NCBI GenBank assembly: GCA_015069395.1
Contig: SVIR01000002.1
Span: 18,005 to 82,004 of the forward strand
Origin: Clostridiales bacterium
GTDB taxonomy: Bacteria > Bacillota > Clostridia > Christensenellales > UBA1242
DNA length: 64,000 nucleotides
Direction of reading: 5' to 3'
Positions 45,009 to 55,381 of this stretch are shown piece by piece (position 1 is the stretch's first letter; every line of letters starts with the position of its first letter). Made by a program: the position numbers and the translations under genes. The notes beneath the pieces are model-generated. The model did no database searches and had not been told where the DNA came from. It worked only from the letters and a program-made list of their open reading frames with translations.

Positions 45009-46964
45009 ATGGCAGAAAAAAAATATGAGTCAAAAGATATTGTTGTTTTGGATGGTCTTGATGCTGTTAGGTTAAGACCTGGTATGTACATTGGTACGAC
45101 AAGCTCAAGAGGTTATCACCATATATTGTGGGAAATTGTAGACAATGCAATTGACGAAATCTCAAATGGCTTTGGAGATACAATAAAAATCATTTTACAC
45201 AAAGATGGAAGTGCAACTGTAGAAGACAATGGAAGAGGTATCCCTGTTGATGTGCACCCAACGTTGAAAAAGAGTGGGGTTGAAGTTGTTTATACAACTC
45301 TTCATGCTGGTGGAAAGTTTAATAATGAAAATTATAAGTTTTCTGGTGGTTTGCATGGTGTTGGGGCTTCTGTTACAAATGCTCTTTCAAAATGGTGTAA
45401 AGTCACCGTAAATAAAGGTGGAAAAAAATATTTTATAGAATTTAATTCTTTTGAAGATAAAAATGGAAAAATACATAGTGGTGTGCCTGTCGCCCCATTA
45501 AAAGAGATTGGCATAAGCAAGACTACAGGAACTTCAGTTTCATTCTTGCCAGACGATAGAGTTTTTGGAGAGCAAAAATTTAGTTTTGAAACCATTTCAA
45601 GGCGCGCAAGAGAATTGGCATTTTTGAACAAAGGACTGAAAATAATCGTTGAAAATGAAGAGACAAAAGAGAAAGGAGAATTCTGTTATGAAGGGGGCAT
45701 CAAGGATTATGTCTCTTATTTAGTAGAAGGCAAAAATCCTCTTTTCAAAAATCCAATATATTTTTCAGCTGAAAGCAAGATTGTAGATCTGGAAGTGAGC
45801 TTTGTTGCTACTGATTCTTATACAGAGAATACATTTTCATATGTAAACAATATTCCTACTACCGAGGGAGGAATGCATGAAATTGGATTTAAGAGTGCTT
45901 TGACAAAAGCGTTCAATGACTTTGCAAGAAGCAACAATATGCTTAAAGAAAAAGAGCCAAATCTTCTAGGTGAAGACTTTAGAGAGGGTCTTGTTACGAT
46001 AGTAAACGTCAAAATGAGCAATGTTCAGTTTGAAGGACAAACCAAGACAAAATTAGGAAATCCAGAAGCGAGGACAGAAGTTGAGGCATTGTCATTGCAA
46101 GAGCTTGGAAAACTTTTGTCTGACAAGAAAAACTTTACATATGCAGAAATTATTGTCAACAAAGCAAAGCAAGCAGCAAAAGTAAGACTTGCAGCAAAAA
46201 AAGCAAAAGAACTTACTCGAGCAAAAAACAGTGCAGAAAATTTTAATTTGGTAGGAAAGCTTGCAGCTTCGACTTCTAGAGACAGAACAAAAAGCGAACT
46301 CTTTATCGTGGAGGGAGATTCTGCGGGAGGAAGTGCAAAACAAGGAAGAGACAGAAAGTTTCAAGCCATTTTGCCTCTTAGGGGTAAACCTCTTAATGCA
46401 GAAAAGAAACGTATTGACCAAGTTTTGGCAAACGAAGAAATAAGAACGATTATTTCAGCCTTGGACACTGGCTTTGGAGAAGATTTTGATTTATCTAGTT
46501 TGAGATACAACAAAGTTATTATTCTTTCCGATGCCGACCAAGATGGTGCACACATAAGGGCAATTTTGCTGACGTTCTTCTATCGTTATATGAAACCTTT
46601 GATTATGGATGGGCACGTATTTATTGGGCTTCCTCCACTTTATAAAGTTTATAAAAAAGATTTTGAGAAATATGTCTACAGTGACAATGAGCTTGCCGAA
46701 GCTGTTGCATCTGCAGGAAAGGGCTATATGATTCAAAGATACAAAGGTCTTGGAGAAATGAATCCAGAACAGCTTTGGGAAACAACTATGGATCCACAAA
46801 ACAGAACGCTCATTCAAGTGACTATTGACGATGCTGCACAAGCTGAAAAAATGATTACCACTTTGATGGGGGATGCTATTGAAGAAAGAAAGGCTTATAT
46901 TAGCGAGCACGCAAACTTTGATAGAGAAGATACATTTATGAGAGAGTATAAAAAGTTAGATTAA
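45009..46964 (+). CDS. parE: Type IIA topoisomerase B subunit, ParE-like
   Basis: GHKL ATPase motifs ([10 protein letters not shown] and EIVDNAIDE) and Toprim motifs ([15 protein letters not shown] and DADQDGAHI). The C-terminal segments [21 protein letters not shown] and [15 protein letters not shown] resemble B. subtilis ParE more than GyrB, judged from memory. Confidence 0.85.
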   Translation: MAEKKYESKDIVVLDGLDAVRLRPGMYIGTTSSRGYHHILWEIVDNAIDEISNGFGDTIKIILHKDGSATVEDNGRGIPVDVHPTLKKSGVEVVYTTLHAGGKFNNENYKFSGGLHGVGASVTNALSKWCKVTVNKGGKKYFIEFNSFEDKNGKIHSGVPVAPLKEIGISKTTGTSVSFLPDDRVFGEQKFSFETISRRARELAFLNKGLKIIVENEETKEKGEFCYEGGIKDYVSYLVEGKNPLFKNPIYFSAESKIVDLEVSFVATDSYTENTFSYVNNIPTTEGGMHEIGFKSALTKAFNDFARSNNMLKEKEPNLLGEDFREGLVTIVNVKMSNVQFEGQTKTKLGNPEARTEVEALSLQELGKLLSDKKNFTYAEIIVNKAKQAAKVRLAAKKAKELTRAKNSAENFNLVGKLAASTSRDRTKSELFIVEGDSAGGSAKQGRDRKFQAILPLRGKPLNAEKKRIDQVLANEEIRTIISALDTGFGEDFDLSSLRYNKVIILSDADQDGAHIRAILLTFFYRYMKPLIMDGHVFIGLPPLYKVYKKDFEKYVYSDNELAEAVASAGKGYMIQRYKGLGEMNPEQLWETTMDPQNRTLIQVTIDDAAQAEKMITTLMGDAIEERKAYISEHANFDREDTFMREYKKLD

Positions 46965-46977
46965 GTTGAGGGCTAAA

Positions 46978-49611
46978 ATGAACAACAAAAATGACGAATT
47001 TAAACCTAATGTTATAGAACCTATAGAAGGACAAATGCGTTATGACGAACTTTTGATTCCTCAAAAAGAAGAAGAGAAAGTCGATAAGATAGAAAAAGTT
47101 GAAGGGCAAATGGATATTTGGTCTGTTCAGCCTCAACAAAAGGAAGTTAAAGTGGAAGAAAAAAAGACTAAACTTGCATTAGAGAAAGAAGGTGACAATT
47201 CAAACGGTTCAAGTGGAAACGGTGGAAACATTTATGGCGGCGACGGAGTTTTGTTTAAACCATTGGAAGAAGTTTTGCACGACTCAATGATTCCTTATAC
47301 AGAACACGTAGTTATGGACAGAGCGTTGCCAAGAGTTGAGGATGGTCTTAAACCTGTTCAGAGAAGAATTTTGTATTCAATGCTCGAACTCGGGCTTTCT
47401 CCTGATAAGCCATATAGAAAATCAGCAAGAATTGTCGGCGATTGTATGGGTAAATATCACCCACACGGAGATAGTTCTGTTTATGATGCTATGGTAAGAA
47501 TGTCACAAAACTTTATTCTTAGAGCTCCACTTGTTGATGGTCACGGAAACTTTGGGTCTATTGATGGTGACAGTGCCGCAGCGATGCGTTACACCGAAGC
47601 AAGAATGACTCCGTTGGCGATGGAGCTTTTAAGAGATTTAGAAAAAGATACTGTTCGTTGGGGGCTTAACTTTGACGATACGTTAAAAGAACCTGATGTT
47701 TTGCCAGGAAGATTTCCAAACCTTTTGGTAAACGGTGCTTCAGGTATTGCCGTAGGGGTTGCAACAAATATTCCTCCTCACAATCTTGGAGAAGTTATTG
47801 ATGGTGTTGTAGCCTATATAGACAATCCGAAAATAACTCTTGATAAAATGATGAAAATTATCAAGGGACCTGATTTTCCTACAGGGGGAGAGGTTATTTT
47901 TGGAGATGGCCTAAGGAGCGCATACGAAACGGGAAAAGGCAAGATTGTTTTGCGTGCAAAAGTGGGAATAGAACAAAATGGCGATAAACAAAGTTTGGTG
48001 ATTACAGAACTTCCTTATCAAGTAAATAAAGCTTTGTTGCTTCAAAAAATTGCCGAATTAAAAGAAAAAAACAAAGATAAACTTTCTGTAATTAGTGAAA
48101 TTAGAGACGAAAGTGATAGAAATGGTATGAGAGCCGTGATTCGCCTTAAGAAAGAGGCTGACGCAAAGAAGATTTTGGGGCTTTTGTATCAATCTACAAA
48201 TTTGCAAGTTTCGTATGCAATCAATATGGTTGCGATTGCAGGTGGAAAACCAAAACTTATGAATCTGATGGATATCATTTCATATTATACTGCTTTCCAA
48301 AGAGATGTGGTTGTTAGAAGGACAAAATATGATCTCAACGTAGCCAAAGAAAGAGCCCATATTGTTGAAGGGCTGCTTATTGCTATCAAAAATATTGATG
48401 CTGTAATCAAAATTATCAAGACCTCTGCAAATGTGAGTGAAGCCAAAACAAAATTGAGGGCAAAGTTTAATTTGTCTGAAAAACAAGCTCAAGCAATTTT
48501 GGATATGAGATTGGCAAGACTCGTCAATTTGGAAGTAAACAAATTGACAGAAGAACTTGCTGGTCTGAAGGCAAAAATTAAAGAGTTTGAAGCAATTTTA
48601 GCATCTCAAAAACTTCAACTTGAAGTGGTTAAGAAAGAAATTTTGGATATCAAAAAACGTTTCAACACTCCAAGACGTTCGGTTGAGGCAGGTTCGGACG
48701 AAATTAACCTTACAAAAATAGAAGAAATTGAAGAAACAAAAGATTATCTTGTAGCCCTTTCTGCAGGGAAGACGATAAAAAAAGTTAATATGAAAAATTA
48801 TGCAAAGTCACAAAAAACTTTGAGCGATAGTTCTACTTTGTTTGATATTCATACGACTTTGTTGGGGGTTAAACCGACTGATACAGTTTTGATTTTCACA
48901 GATAGAGGAAATTGTTTAAAAACAACTGTTGACAAAATTCCTGAATGTAAGTGGAGGGAAAAAGGAACAACTCTGAAACAACTCGATAAGTCAATTGATA
49001 TTATGGAAACCCCAGTTGCAGTTTTGAAAGTTGAAGGAGAAGGAGAAATTTTGTTCTTTACCGAAGCCGGTATGGTTAAACGGAGTGAAGAAAAAGAACT
49101 TGTTATTTCAAAATCTTTCTACCAAGTCGTAAAACTGGGAGAAAAAGACAAGCTTATTTCTGTTGAACATTCCATAAAAGGCAAAACAATTTTGATTCTT
49201 TCAAAACTTGGAAATTGTGTAAATTTTGAAAAGAGCGAAATTCCTGTTCAAGGCAGAGTTTCTGGTGGAGTAAAAGGAATAAATTTGGACGATAAAGACT
49301 CAGTTGTTTTTGCTGGACAAAATCTAACAGAAGATTTGTTTATTATCGCAAACAATGGCTTTGTAAAACGTTTGAACGCAATGCAAATTCCGATGTCTGC
49401 TCGTTATAGAAAAGGCGTAAAATATATCAATTTCGACAAAAACGGAAAGTTTGTGTCTTATGTTGGCACCAAAGAAAAAGTAGTTGTTGATCAAGGGCTT
49501 AAGTTTGTAGTTTTAGAAAAGAAAAAGTTTAAGATCTCAAACGATAGGCTTGCGTGTGGGCAAGAAGAAATAAAGAAAAAATTCTTAGGGGTTTATGATT
49601 TGGTCGACTAG
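46978..49611 (+). CDS. parC: Type IIA topoisomerase A subunit, ParC-like, with an N-terminal extension of about 90 aa
   Basis: Motifs [31 protein letters not shown] and [10 protein letters not shown] (catalytic Tyr). The beta-pinwheel C-terminal domain has no canonical GyrA box. The start is ATG 46978, behind GAGGG. Confidence 0.85.
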   Translation: MNNKNDEFKPNVIEPIEGQMRYDELLIPQKEEEKVDKIEKVEGQMDIWSVQPQQKEVKVEEKKTKLALEKEGDNSNGSSGNGGNIYGGDGVLFKPLEEVLHDSMIPYTEHVVMDRALPRVEDGLKPVQRRILYSMLELGLSPDKPYRKSARIVGDCMGKYHPHGDSSVYDAMVRMSQNFILRAPLVDGHGNFGSIDGDSAAAMRYTEARMTPLAMELLRDLEKDTVRWGLNFDDTLKEPDVLPGRFPNLLVNGASGIAVGVATNIPPHNLGEVIDGVVAYIDNPKITLDKMMKIIKGPDFPTGGEVIFGDGLRSAYETGKGKIVLRAKVGIEQNGDKQSLVITELPYQVNKALLLQKIAELKEKNKDKLSVISEIRDESDRNGMRAVIRLKKEADAKKILGLLYQSTNLQVSYAINMVAIAGGKPKLMNLMDIISYYTAFQRDVVVRRTKYDLNVAKERAHIVEGLLIAIKNIDAVIKIIKTSANVSEAKTKLRAKFNLSEKQAQAILDMRLARLVNLEVNKLTEELAGLKAKIKEFEAILASQKLQLEVVKKEILDIKKRFNTPRRSVEAGSDEINLTKIEEIEETKDYLVALSAGKTIKKVNMKNYAKSQKTLSDSSTLFDIHTTLLGVKPTDTVLIFTDRGNCLKTTVDKIPECKWREKGTTLKQLDKSIDIMETPVAVLKVEGEGEILFFTEAGMVKRSEEKELVISKSFYQVVKLGEKDKLISVEHSIKGKTILILSKLGNCVNFEKSEIPVQGRVSGGVKGINLDDKDSVVFAGQNLTEDLFIIANNGFVKRLNAMQIPMSARYRKGVKYINFDKNGKFVSYVGTKEKVVVDQGLKFVVLEKKKFKISNDRLACGQEEIKKKFLGVYDLVD

Positions 49612-49651
49612 CTTTTAATAAAAAGAGCCTTTATAATAAAATATTATAAAA

Positions 49652-49696
49652 AAACGATAAAACTTGTAAAATTATTTTGAGTTTTGTCGTTTTTTG
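49652..49696 (+). terminator. Possible AT-rich terminator after parC
   Basis: AAACGATAAAAC...GTTTTGTCGTTT, with one G-U pair and a 17-nt loop, followed by a T-run. Confidence 0.35.
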
Positions 49697-49704
49697 TTTA
49701 TAAT
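49677..49704 (+). promoter_or_regulatory. Promoter of the GLUG-protein gene
   Basis: TTGAGT-N16-TATAAT, with exactly 6 nt to ATG 49711 and no SD. Confidence 0.45.
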
Positions 49705-49710
49705 AAACAT

Positions 49711-52700
49711 ATGAAGAAAGGTCTTCTTGCTTTGTTTGCAATGTTGTTAACCATAGGTATAGCTTGTGGCAGTGGTTTTTTGATGTCACAATATATACCC
49801 GTGTCTACCGAACAAAGTGAAGAAGAAATTGAAGCTCAGGCATCAGGAAATTGGTTTGATTATGTAGACGACAACTACGATTCTTATAGTGGACTTGGTA
49901 TAACAAGTGACGGCTATATTTGGATTGATAGTGCATTAGATTTGGCTGTTGTCATGCACAGGATAAATGATGGAGGTTGGACTCTGTCAGGAAAAGACTA
50001 TGACGATTATGATATTAGGCTTGGCTGTGATATAGATTTGAGAGAAAAATTTTGGTCGGGAATAGGCACCAATAAACATCCGTTTAGTGAGACTTTTGAT
50101 GGAAATGGTTACAAAGTTTCTGTTACATTGGATATGGATAAGGATGCTTATAAAAAAGAATCAAACGAATATTGTGCGGGGTTTTTTAGTTATACAGAAA
50201 ATGCAGAAATCAAAAATCTTACTTGTCGAGTTCAAACTAATTGGTCTTCAACATCTTCTCTTGACAACAATGACGGCATCAATCTTGGAATGGTTGGAAA
50301 ATCGTCAGGAAATTTGTCAATAACAAATTGCAAAGCAGAAGGATGGTTGGAAGCAGGGCTCAATACTTTTGATTGGCATCATATAGGTGGATTTGTAGGT
50401 AAGGCCTCTGGTTACACCACAATATCTGATTGTACAAACTATTGCTCTGTTGGGCTTTTATCTAGTATTGAAATTGATGAATGCAGCAGTTATAATTATG
50501 TAGGTGGATTTGTTGGGTATTTTATGTCCTCTGGCTATATCAGAAGAAGTACGAATCGTGCAGTGGTAAGACTTTTAGGCTATACAGATATGACGGGTCT
50601 GTGTACTTATGGTGGGTTTATAGGCACTGCAGGAAACAGCATAAATTTGGGACTGTCTATTTCGTTGGACGATTGTATAAATTATGCACAGGTTTGTGGT
50701 GATTGTGGTGATGTCGTTGGAGCGCAATCTGTAGTCGGTGGCATTTTAGGACGAGGTTATGGAAGGAATATAACAGTGAGAAATTGTCATAATTATTGTG
50801 ACGATTTATATGATTCCGGTGGCAGTGGTTTGGCAAGGTTTGGCGGTATTGTAGGAATGTCCTATGATTGTAATATGACTGTAAGCAATTGTACTAATTT
50901 TTCAGATTTTGTAATTGATCGATCAGTTTCTCACAATGTTTCTTATGTTTATGATGAAGAGGAAGGTTATGGTGGTATTGTAGGTCTTGGTTATGGATAT
51001 TCTTCTGGATCTTTTCTACTTATACAAGATTGTGCAAATTATGGTGATATCATAATAAAGAAAAATTCTTCTGGAAACATAGAAGTCAAATATGTTGGTG
51101 GAATTTTGGGGGCCATGAATGACAACGGATTGATCAATCGTTGTATAAATCATGGACATATAGACGTTTCAGAAAATGTAATCGGAATTGCAGTGGGTGG
51201 AATCGCCGGAGGTATAGGAGGTTTAGGATCCGGTTCGATGGTTGTTGGTGTGTTTAATTGCATTAATATGGCCAAAAATATATACATAGTTTATTATACT
51301 GGTGATATATCTATTGGGTCTTTAGTTGGCAGAATGGAGAAGTCAGGAAACTGTTTTGGAAGTAATTATGTCAGAAGAGATGCAAATATTTCACATATGA
51401 TAGGTTATACTGGATCAGGGGGCTCTTACTCATGGTCGGACTCAAATCTTAAAAAATACTATTCTGATTTTACTGGATATAACATAACATATAGATCGTG
51501 GACATCAACTACGTTTGATGGGCATAGTGTAAGTGGATATACTTTTAGTTCTTCGGTTTCAACAACTGCTACAGAAGGAAAATGGTTGACGTCTTCAGGT
51601 GTGGTATACAACTATTATGAAGATTCTGACACACTGTCTTCAAAAGGTATGAGTTCTTCAAATACGATCCCTGTTCCTATGGCTGCTACAGCAAAAGGTG
51701 TTTTAAATGTAGTTTGGTCAAAGAGGGGGTCCAACTATACAGAAGATTTGTATGACATTTTCTCAGCAAAAATATTTACACAGTCTGCTGATTCTAGTGC
51801 CACACAAGAATTTGCTTATTTGAGAGGGGCAGACAACAACAAATTTATAAAAATAACAAAAAAATTGCCGAGCAATTTCAATTTAAGTTTGTCTGCCGTT
51901 TCAGAAGTTAAATATACAGACCTGACAAAGACACCTGTAGAGATTGGTGTGGAGAACTATTTCCCTACCACCAGTTATTCTTCTACGATTGGTTATTATG
52001 CTTTGAATATAAACCTAACATTTGAAGCAAAATCTTATTCAAGAAGTTCTATTACGAGGGAATACTATCTTGACAGTGAAAGTACGACGTTTAATAAAGG
52101 TTCGGCAACACTGAGTTCTACTTATACATCTTTGATGTTTAATGACGACCTGACACTAAACGTCTCTGTTCCTGTGGGATATTATCTATATGCAGTAAGA
52201 GGAACTCCTTTAGCAGGATCTCCGACTAATTATATCTACACCGATGATGTTTTAGGAAATAGGAAAATAACCTATGACTATCATTATGAAACAACATTGA
52301 AGTTTATTTATAAGAAGGTTAATTATACTATAGATATTGACATAGAATTATATGATGCAGAGGGCGACTATTATTCGGGAGCTGAAAAAACCGTAACAAA
52401 CAAAACTATTGATTCTACGATAGATTTCTTTACAGAATTTGAACAAATATTTGAGCATGGATATCGCTTTTTATTATATTATGACGACGAGGCTATCACA
52501 AGTGCAAGCTACAATCCAAATTATACTGCAACAATGAGTTCTATTTTGGCAGTCGTAAACGACAATACCATAAATAGATTTTCGCTAGTCCTAAAAGTTG
52601 AAGCGCTTACGTTTGAAATGGAGTTTAAGGGGAAGACCAATTCTTTTAAAGATTTGTCGACATTTGCTAATGGAAATGCGAATATAGAATGTGATTACCT

Positions 52701-54300
52701 TTCATTTTCTGTTGATACTGTAAATCTTGGTTTCTTTGTAAAGCCAGATAACGGGTACTACTTAAGGACGCTTAATCTTTTTGATAAGTCCACATGGGGA
52801 ACTTTAAATCTCAATGCAGGATACAATGGAAGCATCTTTGGACAAGACCTTTCAAATAGTGACATTTCAACTGAGATAAATGGAAGAAATGTAGTTACAA
52901 CAGGCAGAGACATAATAAATACCTTTGTTGATGGTTATGTTGGGTTTGGTTTCGGAGCTGGCTATCAAGGAATAGCTTCTCTTACCAATGGAACTGGCTT
53001 AATTGCGAAAATTCCTATCATTGCTTATTATATGTTGGGACAATTTGATTTTACTGGAAAAATTTATATTGACGACGTTGAAATTCCAAATGCTTTGCAA
53101 GTTTCAATGAAATCCACAGAAAATTATGGAGCGACTGGCTATAAGACAAAAACTTTTGCAAGCACAAAGCTTTATTATAGAACTCCAACCATTATTACTA
53201 TAACAATTACGGACGACTATGCTTTTGATGGATATTATTTGATTGGAACAACCAAACTTTTGTGTGCAAATACAACTTATACATTTGAAAATGCAACTTC
53301 TGATGGTTCAATAGAAATTAAAGTTTCTGTATATAGATATGCTTCACAAGAAGTAGAACCTCCAAAAAATAATGGAGCTTATATAGTTTCTGAAGCACGA
53401 CATCTTATTTGGATTGGCGAACAAGTAACACTAAGGAAAAATACGTTTGATGGACAAAGGTTTATTCAGACAAAGAATATAGATGTTTCAAGCATATTCT
53501 TTAGACCAATAGGTACCGACCAATATCCTTTTAAAGGTTCTTATGAAGGCAATGGTTTCTGTATTATCGGACTTGGCAATGGTTGGAAACAATCTATGAA
53601 ACACATGGGATTGTTTGGTGTGGTTGAAAATGCGATTGTTAGAAACGTAAACTTTGTAGAAGGCAACATAAAAGGCTTCGAACATATTGGTGCACTGGCT
53701 GGAGAGGCAAGAAATTCTACTTTTGAATATATAAACAACAGTGATTGTAATTTAGGCTTAGACTCAATGCTGACTTATGATGTTGCTGGAGACGTAACAG
53801 AAACTAAAGTTTCTTTTGTTGAGGCAACTGTAAGTGCTGTTAGCTCAGAAATTGACAGGAGCAGCTGTATTGGAGGATTGGTAGGAAAAGCTACAAATTG
53901 CACATTCTATGCGTGTTCAAATAGAGCGAGTATAGGAAATGCTGCTTTTTTGAGAGATAACGATCCTAATTATGTCTCAGGTTTAGTAGGGTATGCAACT
54001 TCTAGTAGTTTTGACAATTGTTTTAACGAAGGTTTGATTTGTGAGAAAAACACGTTTACGGATACGGGACTAAGTGATCTTGTTGCAGGATCAGGAATTA
54101 CATATCGAAATTGTTATTCAAGTTTAAGAGCCAGAACAAACGGTTTGCACTTTGCAATTTACAATGCAACAAGTACTAGTGGGACTGCAGTGAGTGGGAC
54201 AAAAACAAACACATCAAATGCTTATTATGATCAACTTGATAAAACAATATGGGTTTTAGTAAATGGAAAAACTACTTTAAGAGTGTTTTATTGGTATTAA
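49711..54300 (+). CDS. 1529-aa surface protein with two GLUG-motif beta-helix modules and a Tyr/Thr/Ser-rich middle region
   Basis: Signal/lipobox-like N-terminus MKKGLLALFAMLLTIGIAC. The G-G-(F/I/L)-(V/I/A)-G motif recurs every 25-35 aa (IGGFVGKASG, VGGFVGYFMS, YGGFIGTAGN, VGGILGRGYG, FGGIVGMSYD, YGGIVGLGYG, VGGILGAMND), with a second set near the C-terminus (IGALAGEARN, IGGLVGKATN, VSGLVGYATS). Confidence 0.7.
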   Translation: MKKGLLALFAMLLTIGIACGSGFLMSQYIPVSTEQSEEEIEAQASGNWFDYVDDNYDSYSGLGITSDGYIWIDSALDLAVVMHRINDGGWTLSGKDYDDYDIRLGCDIDLREKFWSGIGTNKHPFSETFDGNGYKVSVTLDMDKDAYKKESNEYCAGFFSYTENAEIKNLTCRVQTNWSSTSSLDNNDGINLGMVGKSSGNLSITNCKAEGWLEAGLNTFDWHHIGGFVGKASGYTTISDCTNYCSVGLLSSIEIDECSSYNYVGGFVGYFMSSGYIRRSTNRAVVRLLGYTDMTGLCTYGGFIGTAGNSINLGLSISLDDCINYAQVCGDCGDVVGAQSVVGGILGRGYGRNITVRNCHNYCDDLYDSGGSGLARFGGIVGMSYDCNMTVSNCTNFSDFVIDRSVSHNVSYVYDEEEGYGGIVGLGYGYSSGSFLLIQDCANYGDIIIKKNSSGNIEVKYVGGILGAMNDNGLINRCINHGHIDVSENVIGIAVGGIAGGIGGLGSGSMVVGVFNCINMAKNIYIVYYTGDISIGSLVGRMEKSGNCFGSNYVRRDANISHMIGYTGSGGSYSWSDSNLKKYYSDFTGYNITYRSWTSTTFDGHSVSGYTFSSSVSTTATEGKWLTSSGVVYNYYEDSDTLSSKGMSSSNTIPVPMAATAKGVLNVVWSKRGSNYTEDLYDIFSAKIFTQSADSSATQEFAYLRGADNNKFIKITKKLPSNFNLSLSAVSEVKYTDLTKTPVEIGVENYFPTTSYSSTIGYYALNINLTFEAKSYSRSSITREYYLDSESTTFNKGSATLSSTYTSLMFNDDLTLNVSVPVGYYLYAVRGTPLAGSPTNYIYTDDVLGNRKITYDYHYETTLKFIYKKVNYTIDIDIELYDAEGDYYSGAEKTVTNKTIDSTIDFFTEFEQIFEHGYRFLLYYDDEAITSASYNPNYTATMSSILAVVNDNTINRFSLVLKVEALTFEMEFKGKTNSFKDLSTFANGNANIECDYLSFSVDTVNLGFFVKPDNGYYLRTLNLFDKSTWGTLNLNAGYNGSIFGQDLSNSDISTEINGRNVVTTGRDIINTFVDGYVGFGFGAGYQGIASLTNGTGLIAKIPIIAYYMLGQFDFTGKIYIDDVEIPNALQVSMKSTENYGATGYKTKTFASTKLYYRTPTIITITITDDYAFDGYYLIGTTKLLCANTTYTFENATSDGSIEIKVSVYRYASQEVEPPKNNGAYIVSEARHLIWIGEQVTLRKNTFDGQRFIQTKNIDVSSIFFRPIGTDQYPFKGSYEGNGFCIIGLGNGWKQSMKHMGLFGVVENAIVRNVNFVEGNIKGFEHIGALAGEARNSTFEYINNSDCNLGLDSMLTYDVAGDVTETKVSFVEATVSAVSSEIDRSSCIGGLVGKATNCTFYACSNRASIGNAAFLRDNDPNYVSGLVGYATSSSFDNCFNEGLICEKNTFTDTGLSDLVAGSGITYRNCYSSLRARTNGLHFAIYNATSTSGTAVSGTKTNTSNAYYDQLDKTIWVLVNGKTTLRVFYWY

Positions 54301-54301
54301 A

Positions 54302-54328
54302 AAAACTGAGAATTTCCTCAGTTTTTTT
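54302..54328 (+). terminator. Rho-independent terminator
   Basis: Stem ACTGAG/CTCAGT followed by seven T. Confidence 0.7.
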
Positions 54329-54604
54329 ATTTTTATATTGCAAAAAAATTATATTTTATTAGTTTTATTTATAAAAAAAACAATTTTTAATTATTTTTCT
54401 ATTTTTTTATAGTTAAATAATTATTTTTTTAATATTTTTTATTTTGTTTAAATTATTTTTGTTCTAACCACAAAAAAGTTTCAATAATATAATTGTAGAT
54501 ATGTGTCAAATTATTCGACAAAGCAAGACAAAATTGTCTAATTTTATGCAAAATAAGCTTTGCCTTAAAATGTCCATAAATCTTATAATGAAAGCGAGGT
54601 TTGT

Positions 54605-55369
54605 ATGCATTTCTGCGTTATCAAATCAAGAACAATAAAAATCTGCATTGCAATGATTTTAGTTGCTGTGTTGTTGTCTTTGACAATAAACGGAACTACT
54701 TCTGCACAAGTTTATTTTGGGTATTCAACAAGAAAAGTTCCAATCTACAATGTTGATACACAAGAAAAACAGGTAGCTATTTCATTCGATGCAGCTTGGG
54801 GAGCTGATAAAACTGAAGGGATCTTAGATATTCTACAAGAATTTGATGTTGGAGCGACTTTCTTTTTGGTTGGTTTTTGGGTTGAGGATTATCCAGATAT
54901 GGCAAAAGCGATAAGCGAAGCAGGATATGAAATTGGAACACATTCAAACACACATCCGGATATGGTAAAATTGGATAAAGACAGCATCAAAAACGAATTG
55001 GAATCGTCCGTTTCAATTATTGAAGAAACAACCCAGACAGACGTGAAACTTTTTAGAGCACCGTTTGGGTCTTACAATAATGATTTGCTGGATGTCGCAG
55101 AAAGTTTAGAATTAAAAACAATCCAATGGGATGTGGACAGTTTGGACTGGAAAGGATTATCGGCTTCAGAGATTGCAAATAGGTGTATTTCAAGAGTGAA
55201 AAATGGTTCAATTATTTTAATGCACAACAATTCAGACAATATTCTTGATGGGCTTAGATTATTGCTAAACAAATTGAAAGTTCAAGGCTACAAAGTAACC
55301 TCAATATCAGATTTGATTTATCACGAAGATTACACAATTGACAGAAATGGTGTTCAACACAAAAATTAA
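54605..55369 (+). CDS. Polysaccharide deacetylase (NodB/CE4), membrane-anchored
   Basis: N-terminal TM segment, then the motifs SFDAAWG, TFFLVG and HSNTHPDM. Confidence 0.85.
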   Translation: MHFCVIKSRTIKICIAMILVAVLLSLTINGTTSAQVYFGYSTRKVPIYNVDTQEKQVAISFDAAWGADKTEGILDILQEFDVGATFFLVGFWVEDYPDMAKAISEAGYEIGTHSNTHPDMVKLDKDSIKNELESSVSIIEETTQTDVKLFRAPFGSYNNDLLDVAESLELKTIQWDVDSLDWKGLSASEIANRCISRVKNGSIILMHNNSDNILDGLRLLLNKLKVQGYKVTSISDLIYHEDYTIDRNGVQHKN

Positions 55370-55381
55370 GGAGGAATATTA

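Noticed and set aside
54301-54604. AT-rich region as a replication origin or DnaA-box cluster
   Set aside because: There is only one weak DnaA-box-like match (CTAACCACA, 7 of 9). There are no repeated boxes and no dnaA or dnaN nearby.
54509-54652. ATG-initiated ORF of about 47 codons in the AT-rich spacer, overlapping the deacetylase start
   Set aside because: It has no SD, overlaps the better-supported CE4 gene in another frame, and runs through that gene's promoter.
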